Below, one piece after another: positions 45,929 to 56,521 of a stretch of DNA of 64,000 nucleotides. The DNA comes from an uncultured Solirubrobacterales bacterium. Lineage in GTDB: Bacteria > Actinomycetota > Thermoleophilia > Solirubrobacterales > Solirubrobacteraceae. The stretch is taken from contig CAVXBL010000003.1 in assembly GCA_963760155.1 (NCBI GenBank), forward strand, positions 58,663-122,662, written 5' to 3'. Within the stretch, counting starts at the first letter, position 1, and each line of letters opens with the position of its first letter. The notes beneath the pieces were generated by a model. That model ran no database searches and was not told the origin of the DNA. It saw only the letters and a list, made by a program, of their open reading frames with translations. The translations under genes and the position numbers were made by a program.

Positions 45929-46603
45929 ATGGGGTCCTCTCGTGCGTCTTCGCCGGCGTCCCTAAACACCGAAAGCCAGAAGCGCGCCGCCGCGCGCGCG
46001 GCGGCGCTGCTCGTCCACGACGGCGCGCGCGTGGGCCTGGGAACCGGCTCGACGGTCGCGCACCTGCTCCCAGCGCTAGCCGCACGCGGGCTGAGCCTGC
46101 GCTGCGTCGCCACCTCCCCCGCCACCGCGCGGGCCGCGCGCGAACTCGGGCTCGCGGTGCACGAGCTCGACGAGCTCGGTCAGCTCGACATCGCGATCGA
46201 TGGCGCCGATCAGATCGATCCGCGGGGGTGGCTTATCAAGGGCGGCGGTGGCGCGCACACGCACGAGAAGATCGTCGCGGCGGCCGCTGAGCGGTTCGTC
46301 GTGATCGCTTCGGCCGAGAAGGCCGTGTCCGCCTTGCGCCCTCCGGTGCCGCTCAAGATCCTGCGTTTCGGCGCTCACACCACGCTCGCATCACTCGGCG
46401 AGGCGGTCTTGCGCGACGCCCCTCCGAGCCCCGAGGACAACCTGATCGCCGACTACCTCGGTCCGCTAGGAGATCCACGCCCACTGGCACAGCGATTGTC
46501 GTGCACACCGGGGGTGGTCGACCATGGCCTGTTCGCCGCAGAGATGGTCAGCGACGTCCTGATCGCCGGGCCGGAGGGAGTCCAACACCGCGTGCTCGGC
46601 TAA
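45929..46603 (+). CDS. rpiA: Ribose-5-phosphate isomerase A
   Basis: GLGTGST, DGADQID and IKGGGGAHT.EKIV. Confidence 0.92.
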   Translation: MGSSRASSPASLNTESQKRAAARAAALLVHDGARVGLGTGSTVAHLLPALAARGLSLRCVATSPATARAARELGLAVHELDELGQLDIAIDGADQIDPRGWLIKGGGGAHTHEKIVAAAAERFVVIASAEKAVSALRPPVPLKILRFGAHTTLASLGEAVLRDAPPSPEDNLIADYLGPLGDPRPLAQRLSCTPGVVDHGLFAAEMVSDVLIAGPEGVQHRVLG

Positions 46604-46757
46604 TCGGTAGAGCCCATAGGCGGGTTTTTACGCAATTTCTGTAGGCCAACATGCGGCATTACACGGTTATCCACAAATATGGCCAGACCTAATCTCACGT
46701 GACCACGTCAGTTCCCCCCCGCCCATTCCCCAGCAGTACCACCCCCACCGCTGGCTC

Positions 46758-47900
46758 GTGCGCAGCCTGATCGGCGTAGCTACCGTGCTGGGGATCGTGG
46801 CGATCTTCGCGGTGTGGGCCAACAGACAGCTTTTGGACACGGGCTATTGGACGAGCACCAACACAAGGCTGATCGAGAACCCTCCGATCCGCGAAGCGGT
46901 ATCCGGCTATCTCACCGAACAGCTCTACGCGCACGTGGATGTCGCGGGTGAACTAGGAAAAGAGCTGCCGAACGAACTACGGCCGCTCGCCGCTCCGGCC
47001 GCCGGAGCGTTGAAAGACGTGGTTCAGAAGGGAATCAACCTGCTACTCGAACGACCGCAGGTTCAGGAACTGTGGAGCAAGGCCAACCAGGTAACGCACG
47101 CCGAGTTCGTTCGCTTGATCGAGAACAAAGGCCGCGTGGTGAAGCTGCCCGGCGGCGGCGCGGTCGTGCTCGACCTGCGCCCGATGCTCACCGAAGTCGC
47201 ACAGAAGGTGGGCGTACCGTCGAGCCTCGTGGAAAAGATCCCGCCGAAAGTAGCCCAGCTTCGGATCGTGACCTCCAGTCAGCTGAAGACGATGCAGGAC
47301 GCGGTGGATCTGTTGCGCAGTCTCGCGCTCGTCCTACCGCTGCTGGTGTTCGCGCTGTTCGCGCTCGCCGTGTATCTGGCGCACGGACGGCGGCGCCAGA
47401 CACTTATCGAGGTCGGCGCGGCGTTCGTCGGGGTGGGCTTGGTCGTGGTTGTGGTGCGCGGGATCGTCGGCAACAAGGTCGTTGACTCGCTCGCCACCAC
47501 CGAAGCGGTGAGACCCGCCGCACAGGCGGCATGGTCGATCGGCACGAGCGTGCTTGCCGACGTGGCGTGGTCAACCGTGTTCATCGGGGTGCCGATGATC
47601 CTCGCGGGCATGCTGGCGGGGCCAACCAGGACCGCAACCTCGCTGCGCCACTTGATGGCGCCCTACCTGCGTGACCGTCCGGACGTCTCGTTCGGCGTGG
47701 TAGGGCTACTGTTGTTGCTGCTACTCGCATGGGGTCCGATCGAGGCCACGAGAACGTGGACTGGAATCCTGATCATCATCGTGTTGGTGTTCTTCGGCGC
47801 GGAGATGCTGCGCCGCCAGACCGCGCGCGAGTTCCCCGACGCCCGCCTCGCGTCGGTCGTCCATCACATAGCGAAAGAGAACGGTGAGTCGCATGACTGA
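46758..47900 (+). CDS. Hypothetical integral membrane protein
   Basis: N-terminal TM, helical ectodomain and several C-terminal TM helices. Confidence 0.7.
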   Translation: MRSLIGVATVLGIVAIFAVWANRQLLDTGYWTSTNTRLIENPPIREAVSGYLTEQLYAHVDVAGELGKELPNELRPLAAPAAGALKDVVQKGINLLLERPQVQELWSKANQVTHAEFVRLIENKGRVVKLPGGGAVVLDLRPMLTEVAQKVGVPSSLVEKIPPKVAQLRIVTSSQLKTMQDAVDLLRSLALVLPLLVFALFALAVYLAHGRRRQTLIEVGAAFVGVGLVVVVVRGIVGNKVVDSLATTEAVRPAAQAAWSIGTSVLADVAWSTVFIGVPMILAGMLAGPTRTATSLRHLMAPYLRDRPDVSFGVVGLLLLLLLAWGPIEATRTWTGILIIIVLVFFGAEMLRRQTAREFPDARLASVVHHIAKENGESHD

Positions 47901-49290
47901 TCTTGAAAGCGTTGATCAGCGCGAAGCGAAGGGCAACGCCGCCCGGAAGCACACCCCACGTTCGAGCCACGGCTCGTGGCAGGCGCCGAAGGACCGTGAG
48001 GACCCGGTGGCGATACTCGAACGCCAGGCCGAGAGTCGTGTGCCGGAGCTGGTGCCGATCCGCTACGGACGCATGCGGGTCTCGCCGTTCACCTTTTTCC
48101 GCGGCGCCGCCGCGATCATGGCGGCAGACCTCGCGCCGACGCCGGCCTCCGGGTTCACAGTGCAGCTGTGCGGCGACGCGCACCTGTCGAACTTCGGCGT
48201 GTTCGCTTCGCCCGAGCGGGAGATGCTGTTTGACATCAACGACTTCGACGAGACGCTGCCAGGGCCTTGGGAGTGGGATTTGAAGCGCCTGGCGGTAAGC
48301 CTGTGCGTCGCCAGCCGCCACCGCGGCCTGAGCTCCCAGGAGACCGCTGACGTGCTGGCGTGGACCGCGCAGGCCTACAGGCAGTCGATGCGTGGCTTCG
48401 CGCAGATGGGCAACCTGGCTGTGTGGTACGCGAAGCTGAACGCGCGCGACATCGTGAAATTCACGCGCGAACAGGATCTCGTGCGCGGCAAGCGCCTGGC
48501 GCAGATGGAGCGCAGACTGGGCAAGGCCAGCACGAAGGACAGCACGCGCGCCGTGATGAAGCTGACCGAAACCGTCGACGGACAGTTGCGTTTTGTCAGC
48601 GAACCGCCGCTGGTCGTGCCGATAGAGGAGCTGTTGGGAGAGAGCGAGCGCGAGGAGCTACACCAGCGCCTACAGCAGATGCTGGGCGACTACCGCAATA
48701 GTCTCTCCGACGATCACCGCGTGCTGCTGGACGACTACGACACCCACTGCATCGCGCGCAAGGTGGTGGGCGTGGGCAGCGTCGGCACGCGCGCGTGGGT
48801 GACACTGCTGGTCGGACGCGACGAGCAGGACCCGCTGGTGCTGCAAGCCAAGGAAGCCCAAGCGTCGGTGCTGGAGCCCTACACCGACCCCTCCGTCTAC
48901 CCCAACCACGGCCAACGGGTGGTGGAGGGTCAACGGATGATGCAGGCCGCCAGTGACATCTTCCTGGGCTGGCTGCCGGCCACCGGGATCGACGACGTAA
49001 CCAGGGACTTCTACGTGCGCCAGTTGTGGGACGGCAAGCTGAGCGTGGAAATCGAAACGATGAGCTACAAGCTGCTGCGCGGCTACGGGGCACTGTGCGC
49101 GTGGACGCTCGCGCGCGCCCACGCACGCACCGGCGACCGCATCGCGATCGCGAGCTATCTCGGTGCCGGCGGCGTGTGGGATCAAGCGATCGTGGGTTTC
49201 TCCGAAGCGTATGCCGACCAGAACGAACGCGACTACCAAGCGCTGCTGGACGCAGTGAAGTCAGGGCGCGTGAAGGCTGAGAGCGCCTGA
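47893..49290 (+). CDS. DUF2252 family protein
   Basis: LVPIRYGRM..SPFTFFRG, CGDAHLSNFG, DINDFDE and KVVGVGSVG. Confidence 0.9.
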   Translation: MTDLESVDQREAKGNAARKHTPRSSHGSWQAPKDREDPVAILERQAESRVPELVPIRYGRMRVSPFTFFRGAAAIMAADLAPTPASGFTVQLCGDAHLSNFGVFASPEREMLFDINDFDETLPGPWEWDLKRLAVSLCVASRHRGLSSQETADVLAWTAQAYRQSMRGFAQMGNLAVWYAKLNARDIVKFTREQDLVRGKRLAQMERRLGKASTKDSTRAVMKLTETVDGQLRFVSEPPLVVPIEELLGESEREELHQRLQQMLGDYRNSLSDDHRVLLDDYDTHCIARKVVGVGSVGTRAWVTLLVGRDEQDPLVLQAKEAQASVLEPYTDPSVYPNHGQRVVEGQRMMQAASDIFLGWLPATGIDDVTRDFYVRQLWDGKLSVEIETMSYKLLRGYGALCAWTLARAHARTGDRIAIASYLGAGGVWDQAIVGFSEAYADQNERDYQALLDAVKSGRVKAESA

Positions 49291-49411
49291 GCCCGCTGCC
49301 CGCCAGCGGGCCTGGAGGGTCGAAGCCGAGCTTGACTGGACGAGCGGCGGCGAGCAAGATAGGCCGCCAAATCAACCTGCTAAGCGCACGAGACCAACCA
49401 GGAGACCCACC

Positions 49412-49807
49412 ATGACTGATGCAACCCAGCTGATCTCCGGCGTGGACTTCGTCGCGATATCCACGCACGACCTCCCGAAAGCCGTCGAGTTCTACGGCGA
49501 GACGCTCGGTCTGCCGCGCTCGGTGTACCTGGAAGAGCGCAACTACGCGGAGTTCGAGACCGGCAACCTGACGTTGAGCGTGGTCAACGCGGAAAAAATG
49601 GGAATGCAGCACAGCGTGCGCGGCCACGAGATAGCGCTGCACGTCGAGGATGTGGCGGCGGCACGCGCGACGCTAGAAGCACGCGGCGTCGAGTTCCGCG
49701 GTGAGACGTTCGACACGGGCGTGTGCCACATGGCTCTGTTCAACGATCTCGACGGCAATCCGCTGATGCTGCACCACCGCTACGCGCCGCGCCCGCCGCG
49801 CTCATAG
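49412..49807 (+). CDS. VOC/glyoxalase family protein
   Basis: AVEFYGETLGL...ALHVEDV...F.DLDGNPL.L. Confidence 0.85.
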   Translation: MTDATQLISGVDFVAISTHDLPKAVEFYGETLGLPRSVYLEERNYAEFETGNLTLSVVNAEKMGMQHSVRGHEIALHVEDVAAARATLEARGVEFRGETFDTGVCHMALFNDLDGNPLMLHHRYAPRPPRS

Positions 49808-50012
49808 GGCCGCGACCGCCGGCGCAGATGCGAAAACGGACGATCCGTCCGACCGATGGCGCAGCATGCCGGCTCCGCGGGGCCCGCCGCGCGGTCCCGT
49901 TCGCGATCCACCAGACACCTAACTGACCCTCTCGGGAACGCCCCCCAATCCAAAATGACCAGCCACCCTAACGCCGTTCCCCGCGGATCCTCTCACCGGT
50001 GAGCTGTCCCCC

Positions 50013-51578
50013 ATGATGTCGCTACGCGCCTGGCAGCGCGACGCGCTCGCCCGCCTAGAGGACTGGCGCAACGGGCCGTTCCTGGTCTCGGCGGCTCCCG
50101 GCGCCGGCAAGACGCGCCCGGCGCTGGAGCTGGCCCGGCGGATGCTCGCGCGGGGTGAGGCCAACAGCGTGGCTGTGCTGTGCCCGACCACGCCGCTCAC
50201 GCGCCAGTGGGCGGCAGCAGCGGCCGAACTGGGCGTGCAGCTGCAACCGGACGCGCCAGGGCCCACGGCGCCGCGGGATTTCCATGGCGTGGCCGTCACA
50301 TACGCGCGCGTGGCCGGCGACCCACGCGGATGGGCCGCAGGGGTGACGCGCGAGACGCTCGTGATCGTCAACGAGGCACACCATCTCGGCGAGGAGCTCA
50401 CCTGGGGCACGAGCTTTCAGCGGGCGTTCGCCGCGGCGCCGCGCTGGCTGCTGCTGTCTGGAACCCCATTTCGCTCCGACGCGACACCGATCCCGGGTGT
50501 CAGCTACGACGCCGAAGGCGTCGCGGTTCCAGACGTGTCCTACACCTACGCACAGGCCGTCGCCGACGGGATCTGCCGGCCAGTGGCGTTCGTGACGTTC
50601 GACGGCACGCTGTCGTGGCGCAGCGGCGAGGATGTGATCGAGTCCTCCTTCCAGACGGTCCTCAGCTCGCGGGAGGCCAGTCGTCGCTACCGCACCGCGA
50701 TCTCGACCGAGCTGCCGGACGGACTGCCACGCATCCTGATGGAGGCCGACGCGAAGCTGGCGGAGCTGCGCACGGCTGGCCATCGCGACGCGGGCGCACT
50801 AGCGGTGGCAGCCGACGCGATCCACGCGCGCCAGATAGCCAAGCTACTGGGAGAGGCAACCGGCAGGGCGCCCGTGGTGGTGTTGCACACCGAGGCCCGT
50901 GCCGCGCACAAGCTGACAACGTTCAGGAGCTCGCGCGAGCCGTGGATAGTCGCTGTGAACATGGTCTCCGAGGGCGTGGACATCCCGCGCTTGCGCGTCG
51001 GCGTGTACGCGACCGCGGCGAAGACACCGATGATCTTCAGGCAGATCGTGGGCCGCTTCGTGCGCACGATCCCAGGCCGGACACCCGAGCCGAGCTGGGT
51101 GTACCTGCCGGCCGATCCGGTGTTGCGGGGCCACGCCGCCCAGGTTGAGAGCGAGCTGCGCCACGCGCTGCGCGAGCGCGAGGATGACCTTGAGCTCGAC
51201 GAACCACTCAAGCGGCGCGCAAGCCAGCCCACGGCCGCGATCGACTTCGTGCCACTGAGCGCCGAAGTGGCGCCGCAGATGACGCTGTTCGGCCCGGCCC
51301 AGGCCGCGCCGGCGCAGAAGACCCACAAGTCTCCCCCGCCCGAGCCCGTTCCAGTGGCGGCCTTTGAGCGCCGCGCGATGCTACGCGAGGAGCGTCAACG
51401 CCTCGTCGCCGATCTAGCTAAGCGCAGTGGCAGCACCCACCGCGAGATCAACGCCTGGATCAACCGCGAGACCGGCGTAGGGCGAGTGGAGTCGGCCAGC
51501 ATCGAGCAGCTAGAGCGCTCCGTGCAAACGCTCGTGCGCGAGCTGACCAGGCAGAGCCGCCGCGCAGCCTCGGGTTAA
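50013..51578 (+). CDS. Superfamily II helicase-like protein
   Basis: LRAWQRDA, APGAGKT, NEAHH, LSGTPFR, MVSEGVDIP and QIVGR. Confidence 0.88.
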   Translation: MMSLRAWQRDALARLEDWRNGPFLVSAAPGAGKTRPALELARRMLARGEANSVAVLCPTTPLTRQWAAAAAELGVQLQPDAPGPTAPRDFHGVAVTYARVAGDPRGWAAGVTRETLVIVNEAHHLGEELTWGTSFQRAFAAAPRWLLLSGTPFRSDATPIPGVSYDAEGVAVPDVSYTYAQAVADGICRPVAFVTFDGTLSWRSGEDVIESSFQTVLSSREASRRYRTAISTELPDGLPRILMEADAKLAELRTAGHRDAGALAVAADAIHARQIAKLLGEATGRAPVVVLHTEARAAHKLTTFRSSREPWIVAVNMVSEGVDIPRLRVGVYATAAKTPMIFRQIVGRFVRTIPGRTPEPSWVYLPADPVLRGHAAQVESELRHALREREDDLELDEPLKRRASQPTAAIDFVPLSAEVAPQMTLFGPAQAAPAQKTHKSPPPEPVPVAAFERRAMLREERQRLVADLAKRSGSTHREINAWINRETGVGRVESASIEQLERSVQTLVRELTRQSRRAASG

Positions 51579-53092
51579 CCCAGCTCGGAGTAGGCGGGCT
51601 CGGCGGCCTGCCTGGGTGCCTCCTGCTCACCTTCACCGCCGACCTCCACGGCGTGCACCGGGAGGGCTCTCACGACAGTAAGCGCGACGCCGATACCCGC
51701 CACCACGAGTCCCGCCGCGATCCAGAAAGCGAGGTGATAGCCGCCGGTCAGCGCCGCGGCACTCGACTGTCCGTGCGCGGTCAGCTTGGCAGTGCGCGAC
51801 GCCGACAGCGTCGCCAGCACCGCCAGCCCGAGCGCCCCGCCGACCTGCGCGCTGGTGTTCACTAGCCCGGAGGCGAGTCCCGCGTCGCTCTGCGTGGAGC
51901 CTGACATCGCGATCGTCATCAGCGCGGGAAAGCATGTTCCTATCCCGATCCCCAACAACACGAGCGGGGGCATGATGTCGATCAGGTAGTCGGCGTGAAT
52001 CGGCGCGCGCGCGAACAGCGCCAGACCGGCCGCCGCCAGCCCCAGGCCCGGAGGCAGCGTCGCGCGCGCCCCGAAACGGGTGATGATCGGCTCTGAGAAA
52101 CGGATCGACATCAACCCCATCGCGATCGACACCGGCAGGAACGCGAGGCCGATCTGCAGCGCGTCGTAGCCGAGCACACGCCGCAGGTAGAGCGCGCCGA
52201 GGAAGAACATCCCGAACATGCCGGCCACCGACAGCACTTGGATCAGGTTGGCGCCGCACACGTTGCGCGAGCGGAAGATCCGCAACGCCACCAGCGGATT
52301 GCGCGCGGTGGCCTCGCGCGCGAGGAACGCGCCCAGCAGCAGCAGCGACACGCCGCCGAGCGCCAGCGTGCGACCGTCGCCCCAACCGTATTCGGCGGCG
52401 GGCTTGACGATCGTGTAGACGCCCAGCATCAGCGCGCTCGTGATCAGCACAGCCCCGGGCACATCGGCGCCCTGCGCGAGGCCAATTCCGTCGTCGTGCT
52501 CCAGCAGACGCCGGGCGAGCGCGATCGTGACGATCCCGATCGGCACGTTGACGAAGAAGATCCAGTGCCAGTCAATCGACTGAGTGATGATGCCGCCGGC
52601 CAACAGGCCCACCGAGCCGCCAGCGGAGGCGACGAACGCGTACACGCCGATCGCCTTGGCCTGGTCGCGCGGCTGCGGAAACATCGTGACAATCATGCCC
52701 AGGATCACAGCGGAAGTCATCGCACCGCCGATGCCCTGCACGAAGCGCGCAGCCACCAGCAGCGTCTGCGTCCACGCCAACCCGCACAGCAGCGACGCCA
52801 GTGTGAAGATCCCAACCCCCAGCAGGAACACGCGGCTGCGCCCCAACAGGTCACCGAAACGTCCGGCCAACAGCAGCAGTCCGCCGAAGGCGATCAGGTA
52901 GGCGTTGACGACCCACGCGAGGCTCGCGGTGGAGAAGTGCAGATCGTCCTGGATCGTAGGTAGCGCGACGTTGACGACCGTCACGTCGAGCACGATCATC
53001 AGCATGCCCACGCACAGCACATACAGCGCGATCCAGCGCGAACGCTCCTGCGAGCGATCTTCTGCGGCGGTGCGTTCGGTCTTCGCGTGCAT
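51575..53092 (-). CDS. MFS transporter, DHA2 (EmrB/QacA) family
   Basis: MIVLDVTVVNVALP, WVVNAY, GRFGDLLGR and WHWIFFVNVPIG. Confidence 0.92.
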   Translation of the reverse strand: MHAKTERTAAEDRSQERSRWIALYVLCVGMLMIVLDVTVVNVALPTIQDDLHFSTASLAWVVNAYLIAFGGLLLLAGRFGDLLGRSRVFLLGVGIFTLASLLCGLAWTQTLLVAARFVQGIGGAMTSAVILGMIVTMFPQPRDQAKAIGVYAFVASAGGSVGLLAGGIITQSIDWHWIFFVNVPIGIVTIALARRLLEHDDGIGLAQGADVPGAVLITSALMLGVYTIVKPAAEYGWGDGRTLALGGVSLLLLGAFLAREATARNPLVALRIFRSRNVCGANLIQVLSVAGMFGMFFLGALYLRRVLGYDALQIGLAFLPVSIAMGLMSIRFSEPIITRFGARATLPPGLGLAAAGLALFARAPIHADYLIDIMPPLVLLGIGIGTCFPALMTIAMSGSTQSDAGLASGLVNTSAQVGGALGLAVLATLSASRTAKLTAHGQSSAAALTGGYHLAFWIAAGLVVAGIGVALTVVRALPVHAVEVGGEGEQEAPRQAAEPAYSELG

Positions 53093-53556
53093 CAGGTGCG
53101 CTCCCTTGCGAGCCACTCACCCAGGCTAGCGAGCAGCTCGCCGGACCCATGCTCGCGCTCGGCGGGCGTGTCGTGGCCGTCGAGGAACGCGCCCTGCTCG
53201 GTGAAGATCAGCTTTGTTCCTGCGCCGTCGGGCTTGAACTCGATCGTCGCCAGCGACACCGATATGCGCGTCTCATCGCAATACATGTCATACGCATGGA
53301 CGATGCGCTCCTCAGGCACGATATCGGCGTAGCGACTGTCGAATAGGTACGTGGACCCGTCCGGCGTATCGACCGCGAAACGCTCCCGTCCTCCGACCCG
53401 GAAGTCAAGCTCGCGGTGCTCGTGCGACAGGTTCTTGGGGCCGAACCAGCTCGCCTTGGCGACAGGATCCGACCAAGCGCCAAACACGTGCGTGGGCGAC
53501 GCGTCATAAGTGCGCTCGATGGCGAATGTGGCGTGCACAACTGATCTCTCGCTCAT
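53092..53556 (-). CDS. SRPBCC (AHSA1-like) domain protein
   Basis: IERTYDASP..VFGAWSDP, LDFRVGG and IVPEERIV. Confidence 0.88.
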   Translation of the reverse strand: MSERSVVHATFAIERTYDASPTHVFGAWSDPVAKASWFGPKNLSHEHRELDFRVGGRERFAVDTPDGSTYLFDSRYADIVPEERIVHAYDMYCDETRISVSLATIEFKPDGAGTKLIFTEQGAFLDGHDTPAEREHGSGELLASLGEWLARERT

Positions 53557-53573
53557 AGTGGCTCCTTTGGTCT

Positions 53574-53933
53574 TTACTTGTCACTCGCGGGACGCTCAGG
53601 GTTCCGCTCCAGGTATTCGCCCAGCCGGTCCAGGCGCCGCTCCCAGCACTCGCGCCGCTGTGCGATCCACTGCTCGGCACTACTCAACGCCGCTGGCTCA
53701 ATCCGGCAGGTGCGCACACGCCCCACCTTCTTCGAGCAAACCAGCCCAGCTGCCTCCAGCACGTGCAGGTGCTGAACGACGGCCGGCAGCGATATCGCCA
53801 GTGGCCGCGCCAGATCGCTAACCGAGGCGGGACCCTCGCTCAACTGATCGACCATCGCCCTGCGGGTGGAGTCGGCGAGCGCTTGGAAAGCGAGGTCCAG
53901 CGGCGCACGCCGCGCGACAGATTGGTTAAGCAC
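53574..53933 (-). CDS. ArsR/SmtB family regulator
   Basis: FQALADSTRR...SVSDLA....S...V.QHL.VLE.AGLV...KVGR. Confidence 0.9.
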   Translation of the reverse strand: MLNQSVARRAPLDLAFQALADSTRRAMVDQLSEGPASVSDLARPLAISLPAVVQHLHVLEAAGLVCSKKVGRVRTCRIEPAALSSAEQWIAQRRECWERRLDRLGEYLERNPERPASDK

Positions 53934-53965
53934 TCACTTAACTATTGCACGCGCCGCGCAAACTG

Positions 53966-54439
53966 TCAATCGTCCTCCGCAAGCAGCTCCATCAACAACC
54001 CATCGCGCCACTGCCTGGCGCCCAATGGACGCTCGTAGCATCGCATCACCCCCACCGCGCGAAAGCCGACCTTCTCGTAGGAGCGGATCGCGACGACGTT
54101 GCCCACGGAGGGGTCGATCGTGATGCGGTGATGGCCACGATCGTCGATCAGGTGGCGCACGACGCGTTTGACCGCCTCGGTCCCCAGACCTTGTCCGTGC
54201 AGCGCGGGATCGAGAAACAGATCGATCGTCGCGTGGCGGTATTTGGGAGAGGTCTCCTCATAGAACTGGATCATGCCGGCGACCGCGCCGTCAACCTCGA
54301 TCGTCAGACGGGTCGCCTCCGGCTCGTCGCTCCACGGGAATCCCTCGTCGGGAACATCCCACCAGTGGACAACCGCGGGCGTGCTGTGGATGCGCAGCAG
54401 CTCGGCCTCGTCGGCCTGGACGAGCGGACGCAGGACCAA
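53966..54439 (-). CDS. GNAT family acetyltransferase
   Basis: DLFLDP..HGQGLG...IDP...N..AIRSYEKVGF; start uncertain. Confidence 0.85.
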   Translation of the reverse strand: MVLRPLVQADEAELLRIHSTPAVVHWWDVPDEGFPWSDEPEATRLTIEVDGAVAGMIQFYEETSPKYRHATIDLFLDPALHGQGLGTEAVKRVVRHLIDDRGHHRITIDPSVGNVVAIRSYEKVGFRAVGVMRCYERPLGARQWRDGLLMELLAEDD

Positions 54440-54478
54440 ACGTGGCGCGCCGTTACTAGCGATACTGGCGATCCCACG

Positions 54479-55498
54479 ATGATCGCAGAGCGCCTCACCG
54501 CCCAAATGCTCGCCGGAGCGCCAGCCCGCGACCCCGTGACCGTCACCCGACGATTGCTGGCCGTTCAGGGCCAGAATCCGCGTGGCGCGCGCCTTGCGAT
54601 CCGTGCGCGGACCACTGGCCTCCTCGCCGCCGACGTGGACCACGCGCTGAGCGAGGATCGCTCGCTGCTGATCACTTGGCTGAACCGCGGCACGCTGCAC
54701 CTTGTGTGCAGCGAGGATTACCCCTGGCTTGCGGCTCTAACGACGCCGAGATTGCTCGCGGGCAATGCACGGCGGCTCGCGCAGGAGGGCGTAACGGCGA
54801 ACGCCGCCGAGCGCGGCGTGGCCGTGATCGAGCGCTCGCTCGCAGAGGAAGGTCCGCTGACCCGCGCACAACTACGCGATCGGATCGACGCCAAGGGTGT
54901 GCGCACCCAGGGCCAAGCGCTGGTGCACCTGCTGATGCTGGCGTGTCTGCGCGGACTCGCGGTGCGCGGGCCGATGGCCGGCCGCGAGCACGCGTATGTG
55001 CTCGTTCGTGACTGGTTGGCTGCGCCGGCGCCGGCCCAGCGCGAGCGCGCCCTGGCGGAGCTGGCACGTCGCTATCTCGCCGGGCACGGCCCAGCGCGGG
55101 ACCGCGATCTCGCGAAGTGGGCAGGCCTCCCTCTGCGCGACGCCCGGGCCGGACTGGGAGCGATCGCCTCCGAGCTGCGCACGCGCGCGGATGGCCTGCT
55201 GGACCTCGCGCGGCGCCCACCGGCCGCGGAGCTGCCACCGCCGCGACTGCTCGGGCCGTTTGATCCCGTGCTGCTCGGCTGGTCCTCGCGCGAGGCGATC
55301 GTGGGCGCCCACCAGGGCATCGTGACGGTCAATGGGCTGTTTCGCCCGTTTGCGATGGTGCGTGGGCGAGCGGTAGCCGTCTGGAGGATGTCGGCAGGCA
55401 AGCTCGCGTTGGAGCCGTTTGGTCGCTTGACGCGCAGTGAAACCGCCGCGCTTGAGCGAGATGCACGCGATGTCGTGCGCTATCTGGGAGAGGGTTAG
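54479..55498 (+). CDS. AlkZ-family (winged-helix) DNA glycosylase
   Basis: AVQGQ (QxQ), TWLNRGTLHL, RRYL.GHGPA...DL..W.GL and LLGPFDP.LLG. Confidence 0.82.
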   Translation: MIAERLTAQMLAGAPARDPVTVTRRLLAVQGQNPRGARLAIRARTTGLLAADVDHALSEDRSLLITWLNRGTLHLVCSEDYPWLAALTTPRLLAGNARRLAQEGVTANAAERGVAVIERSLAEEGPLTRAQLRDRIDAKGVRTQGQALVHLLMLACLRGLAVRGPMAGREHAYVLVRDWLAAPAPAQRERALAELARRYLAGHGPARDRDLAKWAGLPLRDARAGLGAIASELRTRADGLLDLARRPPAAELPPPRLLGPFDPVLLGWSSREAIVGAHQGIVTVNGLFRPFAMVRGRAVAVWRMSAGKLALEPFGRLTRSETAALERDARDVVRYLGEG

Positions 55499-55613
55499 CG
55501 CGGGCGAGGCCTGGAACGGGGCGGAAAATTCGATGCATAACTCTCGACTTAGGGGGTAGAGCACTTACAAGAGCGATGTTTGCGCCTAGTATTTCTGCAA
55601 CCGAGTAGGGTCC

Positions 55614-56408
55614 ATGGAGGAGATTGAGATGACTTTCGTCGCTACAGTCGCACCCCATCCGCAGCTCGCTCCAGGGGCTGAGGGCGAGGATCTTGGCGAG
55701 CTGTTCCGGCGCTGGCAGCAACACGGGAACCAGGGTGCACGTGACGCACTGGTGCAGCGATTCATGCCGCTTGCTCGCAATCTCGCCCGCCGCTACAACC
55801 GCTCCTCGGAGCCTTTCGAGGATCTGATGCAGGTGGCTTCGCTGGGGTTGCTGAAGGCGCTAGATCGCTTTGACCCAGAGCGGGGCCATCCGTTCCCCTC
55901 GTTTGCGGTCCCGACAATCCTTGGCGAGATGCGGCGCTACTTTCGCGACTGCGGCTGGTCGCTGCATGTTCCTCGCGGAGACCAGGAGCGGGCGCTGAAG
56001 GTGCGCAACGCGCAGGAGAGCTTCGCCAACGAGCATGGACGCGCGCCGACCGTCAATCAGCTGGCGGAATATTTGGAGCTCGACGTCGAACAGGTCATCA
56101 ACGCTCTGCAGGCTGTTCAGGCCTACGAAGCGCTGTCGCTGGATGCCCCGCGCCCTGGGGCCGACGACGACGCGATGACCTATGGCGACGCGATCGGCCA
56201 CGAGGATGAGCGCTACGAGCTCGTCGAGCTCGACGCCACCGTCGTGACCGCGCTCGAGCACATCCCGGCGCGTGAACGCCTGATGCTGCACATGCGCTTT
56301 ATCGAGGATCTGACCCAAACCGAGATCGCTGCGCGCGTCGGTATCTCGCAGATGCAGGTATCGCGGTTGCTGCGTCGCTCGCTCGATCAGCTGCGAGCCT
56401 TGACCTAG
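55614..56408 (+). CDS. SigB/SigF-family RNA polymerase sigma factor
   Basis: LARRY, DLMQVASLGLLKALDRFDP, FAVPTI.GE..RYFRD and ISQMQVSRL. Confidence 0.93.
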   Translation: MEEIEMTFVATVAPHPQLAPGAEGEDLGELFRRWQQHGNQGARDALVQRFMPLARNLARRYNRSSEPFEDLMQVASLGLLKALDRFDPERGHPFPSFAVPTILGEMRRYFRDCGWSLHVPRGDQERALKVRNAQESFANEHGRAPTVNQLAEYLELDVEQVINALQAVQAYEALSLDAPRPGADDDAMTYGDAIGHEDERYELVELDATVVTALEHIPARERLMLHMRFIEDLTQTEIAARVGISQMQVSRLLRRSLDQLRALT

Positions 56409-56521
56409 GAGGGGGACCGAGCAGGCGCCGAGGACGCCCAGGCGGCCGGTATCGTTTATTACACACGATCGAGAGATCGATCGCAGCGTCTGTCAACCAT
56501 CCATCCATCGCCAGGACCACA

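Noticed and set aside
46667-46675. Perfect DnaA box TTATCCACA in an AT-richer gap as oriC
   Set aside because: Single box with no dnaA/dnaN context; could be chance or a local regulatory site
48596-49642. Long antisense/alternate-frame ORFs here and elsewhere (e.g. 2197-3039, 5725-6894, 36461-38083, 61641-62882)
   Set aside because: Typical high-GC shadow ORFs overlapping well-supported genes; Arg/Ala/Pro-rich with no motifs
53945-54478. N-terminal extension of the 517 aa ORF
   Set aside because: Antisense shadow of the GNAT gene; the AlkZ-like protein starts at 54479
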